Source: Octopus bimaculoides (Eukaryota). From it: 33,306 nt of DNA. Below, in pieces: positions 25,105 to 33,306 of the stretch. The stretch spans positions 26,566,088 through 26,599,393 of the forward strand of contig NC_068988.1 of assembly GCF_001194135.2 (NCBI RefSeq). The letters run 5' to 3'. Below the pieces are notes generated by a model. That model was not told where the DNA came from. It saw only the letters and a program-made list of their open reading frames with translations, and made no database searches. A program made the translations under genes and the position numbers. Position 1 is the first letter of the stretch. Every line of letters starts with the position of its first letter.

Positions 25105-25550
25105 TCGTGGGTCCACTCGAGTGACCCGTCCAGCAAGAATCCCACTCAATCCCCATCTCAGCAAGATGCCTCCTCATCTGCCGTAGCCATGTGGCATGTG
25201 GCCGACCAACGCGAGCCGTCAAACCAACCAGACCTCCACTGAGAGGAACACGGTAAGTAGGTTCTAGCTCGTAATTTGAGCAACGTGGCCAAACAGTATG
25301 ACCTGGCGCACCCGGATTATAAGACTAACAGAACATATACTAGTTTCTTATTCGAATCGTTGGCTGGTTACAAAATCCCACCAATGGTAACCCATAATCC
25401 TGCGAAACATTACGGTACCAAGGCGTTCAGGCAACTCCAAAGGTCTCCGGACAGTGCCCAAGTTTCACAAATATAGAACATGACAGGGAGGACTAGAGGC
25501 TAACCAATGAGTCCACAACTGCACCAGATCTTCCAAGTCTTCAGACACAA
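25105..25550 (-). mobile_element. RTE-clade LINE, 3' ORF fragment (post-RT C-terminal region), degenerate
   Basis: Minus-strand translation: LVLPVMFYICETWALSGDLWSCLNA / GTVMFRRIMGYHWWDFVTSQRFE*ET...IRVRQVILFGHVAQ...LSVE...RVGRPHATWLRQMRRHLAEMGIEW. This matches the RTE consensus pattern PVLLYGCETW...LRRIMGYRW.DFVSN...RQLRLFGHVAR...GRP..TWL. Confidence 0.88.
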
Positions 25551-27220
25551 ATAATACCGCTTTGAATCTCACTGCTCCTATATTCTCATTACCGCAGTTA
25601 AACATTTTAACACCATATTACAAATGAATGTTTAAGTGACATTGACGAATTTCTGTGTTTTTGAATGGTTAACTTATGCCTTCCACGTAGCAATTTGCAT
25701 TTTTCAAAATTATACATTCGAAACTTTAAGAAGTGTAACTATGATGTAAACTGCAGTGTAATGCTGGATTAAATGAGGTGCTTCAGTGACGTTCATGATG
25801 TAATATATATGCATTGCACTAACACTTCTCTAATATAGATTTGTGATGTTTGTTTTTACATTATAACAAACCATTTGTATGTTGTTCAATCTAGTGTTTA
25901 ATATATTCACATCTTTTGAGGACTACGGTCATATTTTCGAGTAGAATGTTTTCTTTATGCTTACATAAACATGTGAAAAATGCATGGGAACGCCAACTCC
26001 AGCTTCACAGAAAAACTGCATATCAAATCAGGTGCACTAGGTGTACGATGTGTGCAATAGTATTTTAATTCTTTTAAACAACGCATTGACCTATTCACAA
26101 GCTGATTTCTCATATTCGTTTGCCGGAAGTATGGTGGCTGTTATAAAAATATTGTGAGGAATTAACTTTTTCCAGTGTTATCATCTAAGTCATGTTATAT
26201 ATTTCACAAAAAACTATAGGAGTCTTCCATATACTTCTATATTTTCACATCAAAGCTAACGTAAAATTGTATTGATATATGCGCATATAACCTACCTCTG
26301 CCATTTGCTCCATGTATTTATAACGCGTTTTCTCAACTATATCAGTTCAGTTTCAATATTGCATGAAGATACGGTGGTAAAACGATAATATTTCAAAGAA
26401 TGAATAATATTGCCATTACATGATAGAGTGTATTTAACATATCCATGTGATTTTGCGCATTTATTTGTAATTTTAACAAAGGCTTAAATCAACAAAGGTT
26501 TAGCACTCTACCCATTGACGCAACACTTCCATTTCATCTCGGTACGGTTTGATAGAATGAGGATTATGGATCCCGTTCAAAGGGCTTACAGCTAAAATAA
26601 TCCATGCGGTAAATCCGCCATTGATTATTATTTCTACTTCGACTGAATCTCGCAATAACTGATATATTTTCCGCACTGAAAACAACTACGAATAACGAGA
26701 AAATATGGTTGATATATGCAGTTACTGTAATATGATAATGTCATATATGTGTTAAGCAACGCTTCCATAACAATAACCAGCATTACAATTTATATATATA
26801 TATATATATATATATATNNNNNNNNNNNNNNNNNNNNNNNNNNNNNNNNNNNNNNNNNNNNNNNNNNNNNNNNNNNNNNNNNNNNNNNNNNNNNNNNNNN
26901 NNNNNNNNNNNNNNNNNNNNNNNNNNNNNNNNNNNNNNNNNNNNNNNNNNNNNNNNNNNNNNNNNNNNNNNNNNNNNNNNNNNNNNNNNNNNNNNNNNNN
27001 NNNNNNNNNNNNNNNNNNNNNNNNNNNNNNNNNNNNNNNNNNNNNNNNNNNNNNNNNNNNNNNNNNNNNNNNNNNNNNNNNNNNNNNNNNNNNNNNNNNN
27101 NNNNNNNNNNNNNNNNNNNNNNNNNNNNNNNNNNNNNNNNNNNNNNNNNNNNNNNNNNNNNNNNNNNNNNNNNNNNNNNNNNNNNNNNNNNNNNNNNNNN
27201 NNNNNNNNNNNNNNNNNNNN

Positions 27221-27383
27221 TATATATGTGTGTGTGTGTGTGTGTATATGCTTGTGTGTCTGTGTTTATCCCACCAACATCGCTTGACAACCGATGGTGG
27301 TGTGTTTATGTCCCCTTAACTTAGCGGTTCGGCAAAAGCGTCCGATAGAATAAGTACTAGACTTACAAGGAATAAGTCCTGGG
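27221..27383 (+). mobile_element. 3' half of the microsatellite-containing SINE (second copy; 5' half possibly in gap 26818-27220)
   Basis: CCAACATCGCTTGACAACCGATGGTGGTGTGTTTATGTCCCCTTAACTTAGCGGTTCGGCAAAAG...AGAATAAGTACTAG...AATAAGTCCTGG aligns with 10650-10770. Confidence 0.9.
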
Positions 27384-27419
<36 letters not shown>

Positions 27420-27652
27420 ATATAAGATACTCTGAATTTCTTGACATTCTTCTAAATGTTATTCGGATAGACTTGTCATACGTTAGAAGTTAACTTCGTT
27501 GTGTATTCTACAGGCATTTATTGGTGTCTAATTGTTTGATAATGTTAATCAAGTTCGCTTACAACTGAGTGCCTAATTGTTGTCTGCCTGGCGTTTTTAA
27601 TGCCTTTTTTAGCATCTAATATACATATACGCACAAACACATACGTACATGC

Positions 27653-27886
27653 AAAGGCGGCGAGCTGGCAGAAACGCTAGCACGCCGGGCGAAATGCTTA
27701 GCGGTATTTCGTCTGCCGTTACGTTCTGAGTTCAAATTCCGCCGAGGTCGACTTTGCCTTGCATCCTTTCAGGATCGATAATTAAGTACCGGTTACGCAC
27801 TGGGGATCGATGTAACCGACTTAATCCCTTTGCCTGTCCTTCTTTGTCCCCTCTATGTTTAGCCCCTTGTGGGCAATATAGAAATA
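27653..27886 (+). mobile_element. Near full-length tRNA-derived SINE (CORE-SINE-like, octopus OR-type by recollection)
   Basis: A-box-like TGGCAGAAACGCTAG and B-box-like GAGTTCAAATTCC; central CATCC...GATAATTAAGTACC resembles the CORE domain; AT-rich 3' end followed by (CATA)n. Confidence 0.85.
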
Positions 27887-27940
27887 GCATACATACATAC
27901 ATGCATGGATAACTACATAGATACATACATACATACATAT
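27887..27940. repeat. (CATA)n tail/microsatellite
   Basis: Directly visible, 3' of the SINE. Confidence 0.85.
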
Positions 27941-28249
27941 TGTGCCAAATACGAGAGAAAGGGGCTATCTGTGGACTATTGATAAGTAGTGTGTAAATCA
28001 ACAACATACGATAACACTGCCAGCTTCACATTTGTTGTTGAAGCAACACGATATATACAAATCCGCCTGGTGCAAAATGTGTTTGATCAAGATATCTGGG
28101 GCTATAAAAATCTGCAAGGATAATTGTTAAAAGAAAATGCTTTCCTTCACAACTATACTACCGAATAGGTGACCGGTCATAATCTATTCTAGATTAAGAA
28201 TAGAAAGAAAACACAGATAGATATATTCATTCATACATATATACAAACA

Positions 28250-28514
28250 TGCACATATATATNNNNNNNNNNNNNNNNNNNNNNNNNNNNNNNNNNNNNN
28301 NNNNNNNNNNNNNNNNNNNNNNNNNNNNNNNNNNNNNNNNNNNNNNNNNNNNNNNNNNNNNNNNNNNNNNNNNNNNNNNNNNNNNNNNNNNNNNNNNNNN
28401 NNNNNNNNNNNNNNNNNNNNNNNNNNNNNATATGTATATATATATATATATAGAAATATATATATATATATATATATACATACATACATATGTATAAATG
28501 CGTGTATATATATG

Positions 28515-28545
<31 letters not shown>

Positions 28546-28680
28546 GGTGAGAGAGAGATGCGTGTATATACATTCATATATATATATATATATATATATA
28601 TTTGAATGAATGTATGAATATACATGTACATACAACACAAACACACATGCATTTATGTATGTATGTATTATGTACGTATG
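28250..28680. repeat. Compound (TA)n/(GA)n/(TACA)n microsatellite field spanning gap 28263-28429
   Basis: Directly visible. Confidence 0.9.
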
Positions 28681-29082
28681 AGCGTCTACTAATATGTCTG
28701 CAGGCTAATTAACGCCCATTGTATCCTTTGTACATTCTTAAAAAAATGTTTGACTGTGAAATGCAAAAAATTCCGGTTCACAGATTATTTGCGAAAATAT
28801 TTAAGTGAGAGCAAAAATGTTTTTTAACGGGAAATACAATCAGTAGTATATGATATATATATACATATGTGTCTGTGTCTGTGTGTGTGTGCGTGTGTAT
28901 GTGTGTGTGCGTGTGGATAATTCTGATGTACGGTTACATAATACCTATCAAGATATAAGCGAGATCGCTAAACATGTACACACCCTAATACATCCGTGTT
29001 GAAATTCACTTTAAAATCACAGAAGAATTAAAAGTGAAGTCACTTTTGTTTGTTTTTGTATCATAATTAGAGTTTACTACTG

Positions 29083-29127
29083 AAGGATTAAACAACCAGG
29101 TTCTCAAGGATTAAACACCACGTTCTC
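29083..29127. repeat. Head-to-tail 22-23-bp tandem duplication
   Basis: AAGGATTAAACAACCAGGTTCTC followed by AAGGATTAAACACCACGTTCTC. Confidence 0.85.
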
Positions 29128-29169
29128 GTGTTTTTTACATTTTTTGATGCTGTCTTTAGCAATGAATAG

Positions 29170-29495
29170 GGTCCGACATTCCTTTCTACTAAGATTTTGA
29201 CTAGCCCAAGTGGAAGCTTCAATATGGTCGCTCACTCTAGTAGAACGAGCAACCAAACGTCCCTAAAACCTTAAAAATGGTGGAGCACCTTGAATAAAGT
29301 GTTTTCTTCACTACTTTGGGAATAAAGATAGATGGTCATGACAAGAAAATCATTCATCAAATGTCAGCCCATTCCTGTATTAATCGTGGTTCAAAATAAC
29401 AAAAACAATTGAGTTCGGTAGTTCTTGATTTTATACACTATACTTCGACTTATTAGAATTAGCAGCCAACTCTTATATAAATCACAATGTTATTT
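29170..29495 (+). mobile_element. Possible highly degenerate interspersed-repeat remnants
   Basis: Two related motifs, TAGAACGAGCAACCAA (29241-56) and TAGAATTAGCAGCCAA (29454-69), 13/16 identical; they resemble an octopus repeat I recall but cannot verify. Confidence 0.3.
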
Positions 29496-32400
29496 CTAAA
29501 AGTAATGGTATGCAACAAACAGCGGTCCTGCAAACATTGCGAGACCGATGGTTACAGCTACAATTCCGATGAAAACTTGAAAACTGGATACAGATAAACA
29601 AACTGTTCAACACTAAAATCAATACCAACAGTGGAAAATTGTCTAATGTAATGTCTCCGAAAAATATTGCAGCCATTATAGAACGACAGCAGCACAAAAC
29701 TCATACAAATCACACAGAAGAACAAACACATACAAACACACACACATACGTACGCACGTACACGCACAGATATTCAGATTTTGGCTCAGTGTCCAGTTAA
29801 GGTATCACAATCGCCAACACGTACAAACACGTAAATAATGCAAATAACACTACAAGAGATACAAAAATCCCACAGTTAATTCTCTTACATACGAAACAAC
29901 CCATTACCAGCGCATCTATATATCTCATCAAGCTACTTACGACAATTTCTTCCAGAAATCAATTTCTCACACACTCACATATTCATACACTTGCACATAC
30001 CTAGCTCTCAGTCGGGTTAACCATTCAGGTTAATGCATTCAATTACTAATCAGACCATTACACTTTATCATTAGGTTCCCTGTACAACAATGCTTGGTAC
30101 ATCCAAACTACTATCGCCGTAAACACTACGCCTCACTGCATTCTATTAATGACTTATACAAAAAAATCTCAACCCGATATTTAGAATCAATAGAAAATAC
30201 TGCCTTGCTAGCGAACTACAATTCTGCTATATATATATATATATATATATATATGACCGTTTTCAGAATTTCCCAAATGGATTATTCCAACAGGGCTGTA
30301 TTCAATATTTCCTGAAAGGATTATCACAATAATACTTGATTTACCTACATTATTATTTAAATAATATCTCGTATAAACATTCAGACAAACCCCGTACGAA
30401 TATGACATCAACATCGAATCCCCTAAATATCCTCTTGATATAACTCCACAATTGTTTCCACGTCAGGAATCTCCAGAATGTGTTGTCTTGGGATCATCAG
30501 ATATAATGTAGCACCAACGAATCTCCTGCCTCCCTCTTTATCAGCAACATTGGAGAAGAGCGAATATAATCAAACTGCATAAACAAAGATATCAATATAC
30601 GACGCACAAAATATTTAATTGCGAAATACTTGACATAACATTTCTACAGCAATGCCAGTAGACGTCAATAACAGAGTAAAGAGGACAAAATCACACAAAA
30701 GATATATAATTACTCACCAGTACAATATTTCATCAACAGAAAGATACCATGGCTTATGCAAGCTCAGTTTTAAATCCCAATGTAACCATAATAATCTCTA
30801 ATAAAAACAATGTAATATATTTCACCATATCGCATGTATTACATATTCTTCACCCATAAGCCATTGGTTCAACGAAACAAAACGCAAAAGGAAAAATCAT
30901 ATGGACACGACCTAAACAAAAATTGTTACAGCATTAGGTTCTGAACCAACGCCTTTACATGTATAATTAGTATGAATATTTATTTATTTTCAACGTTTCA
31001 GAGTTCAACCACCATACCATTATGAAAAACCGTTATGTATTTTAGTCGGTACAGGTAACACATAGCAATAAGTAGACACAGATGAAGTGATAGCATCAGT
31101 TGGATTATTAATCCTATACACTATGTATATGTACCAATAATAAAGTGCGTTGGTACATCACATGTTGCAGTCTGATCAAGTGCACAGAGTGGGCCTCTCC
31201 TGTAGGAGTAGTCAGAATGTACAGGTGTAATGAGACAAAAAGAAGACAGATTATATGTCCAGTCTATAACACAGTTTTCCATAAACTTAACTATTACAAG
31301 TTAGAGTACGATCTTCCCATCAATAGACACATGACATAGCTGCATATAAAACTACATTTGTGAACAACGGTGAAATTGTTTCAGCTTGAAAACAACCTCT
31401 CAGATCGAGTTATTCGTCAAACAATAACAACTCTAAAATTATTCATATTCTTAATTGAATATCACTGTTGATATCATTTCATATATTAATTGATACATTA
31501 CCCTTTCGTTCAACATTACTACTGACTATCACATTTCATCTATAAACTTATCAAGTTAATAGATGTACTATTGTATATAAAGGCCAGTCGACGCTATGGA
31601 ATTAAATATATAATTAAGTAATTTGAGCCAAAGATATATGCTAAAAACTTCAAATATTATTAAATATAACGATTCGTGAATCGTTACGATATTAGCAGAT
31701 ATAAAATATATGTTCACAAATGATAAAATAGTGTGGACAGAAATAACTGCGAAGCAACAGGATATTACCACATAACATGATCTTTATTATATTTCATAAT
31801 AACAAACGCATTGCACAAGAAATTACAATATTCTGGGTAAAATATAATGTTAACAGATTTAATATATCCACTACATGATGGTGCCTGATACTATAAGCCA
31901 AGATATAATACACAAGAATCATTTTTATATATTTTTTTGTTGATTCGATTATTAAAGTTGCGTGAAGGCTTGTTTCTGTTGATCAGCTAATGAGAACAAT
32001 CTTTGCAGAATTTCCATTTGAATTAATGAAGGTATTCATGCAAACGTTTGGTTTTTAAATCAGAATAAAACATATGTCTCGAAACTAAATAAGTGTTATT
32101 ATGCTGTCAACACACGTCGACACAATATCAATAATATCATTTGAAAGTCAAATAAAAGAAGCTGCAAACAATACTTATGATTGAAAGTAGTCAACTTTTC
32201 CTTGCGTTGTCTTCAAGATGTGTAGTCAATAGAAAAAAGAAAAGACAAGCACTCATACTGTTCTTGTAACAGACGTTATTAACTGTACTACTCTGATATT
32301 ATATAAACATAACTTTAATAATACACCCAGATTTTTTTGCAAACAAATTTGCTTTGGGGAATGATTACAGATTTTGTGAGAAGCTACTATTATATATGAC

Positions 32401-32719
32401 TAAAAATATATGAAGCTATAGTAACCTGAAGTATCACACTAAAAGCAACCTACTAGTGTTTGCTTTAAATTCAAATCAATAATGTTTTCCCTTCAGATTT
32501 ATAGACAAATATCAATGTCTAGCGACGATTCTATTATGTAGATTCTTGAGTATCAATACCTACCTTAGTTGGAAAATCTCAATTGCAATACTTTCTACTG
32601 TTTATTCTGGTGTAAAAATATGCCACATTTGATGACGTGTCACCTAACGAAATTTAAATAAAGCCTTGTAGCAGCTAATAGATATTCTTCCCAGTGATGT
32701 GTTAGACAAAAGGAGAAAG

Positions 32720-32894
32720 TACAGTTCTATATTTAAGAGGTGAGGAATTATGTACATTATTTACATTTTGATGGATTTTGCCCTCATCTTGTTTGTTGTT
32801 AACACAACGTTTCGACTGATATACCCTCCAGCTTTCATCAGGTGTCTTGGGGAAATTTCGAACCTGGATTCTTCTTCTTAAGGTATCTTTTCGA
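32720..32894 (-). mobile_element. Repeat carrying a hammerhead-ribozyme-like core (probable PLE-type terminal repeat)
   Basis: Minus strand: CTGATGA (32841-32835) A AGCTG GAGGGTATAT CAGTC GAAAC GTTGTGTTAACAAC. Both conserved boxes are present; stem II is imperfect and stem I was not found. Boundaries approximate. Confidence 0.55.
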
Positions 32895-32926
32895 TGTTGT
32901 TGTTGTTGTTGTTATTATTATTACTA

Positions 32927-32989
<63 letters not shown>

Positions 32990-33000
32990 TGTTGTTGTTC
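32895..33000. repeat. (GTT)n-(ATT)n-(GTT)n trinucleotide microsatellite, i.e. (TAA)n on the minus strand
   Basis: Directly visible; source of poly-Leu in ORF 32842-33108. Confidence 0.97.
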
Positions 33001-33306
33001 AGTAGTTTTAGTTTTATAACGTGCTTTCACTTCACTACCAAGCGCAGCTCTGTGCGCCTTGGGTATGCGCTGTGGTTTGCTCTGGTGCTCTTATGTTTAC
33101 TGTATTGAAAGTGTTTTGCGTAGAATGTGGGCAGTACCCAGTAGTGCAATTTTCTGTATGTTATATATATTTGTAAGTCCTGGTGTTTTTGTTATGTATT
33201 TGTCTGAATATTTTTTTTATTATACCTAAGGCACCTACTATGATAGGAATTGTTTCTGTTTTTAGATCCCACATTCGAGTTATCTCTATTTCCAGGTCTT
33301 TGTATT
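33001..33306 (-). mobile_element. 3' end of an R4/Dong-like (RLE-type) non-LTR retrotransposon, continuing beyond the window
   Basis: Minus translation: YKDLEIEITRMWDLKTETIPIIVGALGIIKK / +1 fs in A-run at ~33211-33218 / YSDKYITKTPGLTNIYNIQKIALLGTAHILRKTLSIQ* (stop 33097-33099). KYxDL..EI.RMW...IP.IVGALG...QK.ALLGTA.ILR is the C-terminal RLE region of R4/Dong/NeSL-type elements. A ~95-nt 3' UTR with a stem-loop (33038-33062) is followed by (TAA)n. Confidence 0.88.

Noticed and set aside
29496-29540. FAGPLFVAYHY resembling the COX7C C-terminus (FAAPFFIVRHQ)
   Set aside because: Spacing to upstream motifs does not fit, no NLPF motif or targeting exon was found, and the match is too short.
32842-33108. 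Poly-Leu signal-peptide-like ORF
   Set aside because: Translation of the (ATT)n tract, antisense to the R4/Dong-like tail.

Overview
AT-rich, microsatellite-dense eukaryotic DNA from a short-read draft assembly, with 5 N-gaps that all abut (TA)n tracts. The repeat content, recognised from memory rather than by search, resembles octopus/cephalopod families. I could not recognise any intact host protein-coding gene; most ORFs in the supplied track are microsatellite, N-gap or composition artefacts. Well-supported content is decayed mobile DNA. There are two mariner transposase relics: one appears rearranged so that its right end is an inverted copy of a mariner 5' end (6.0-6.9 kb), and one is internally deleted (20.0-20.8 kb). 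There is also a Penelope-like RT fragment (9.35-9.83 kb), an RTE-clade LINE 3' fragment (25.1-25.55 kb, minus), the 3' end of an R4/Dong-like RLE retrotransposon with a (TAA)n tail (33.0-33.3 kb, minus), and several tRNA-derived SINEs. Next to the (TAA)n tail lies a hammerhead-ribozyme-like core (CTGATGA...GAAAC), and two weaker hammerhead-like remnants occur elsewhere. A few sets of splice-consensus motifs hint at host exons but are unproven. I found no convincing novel multi-gene system.
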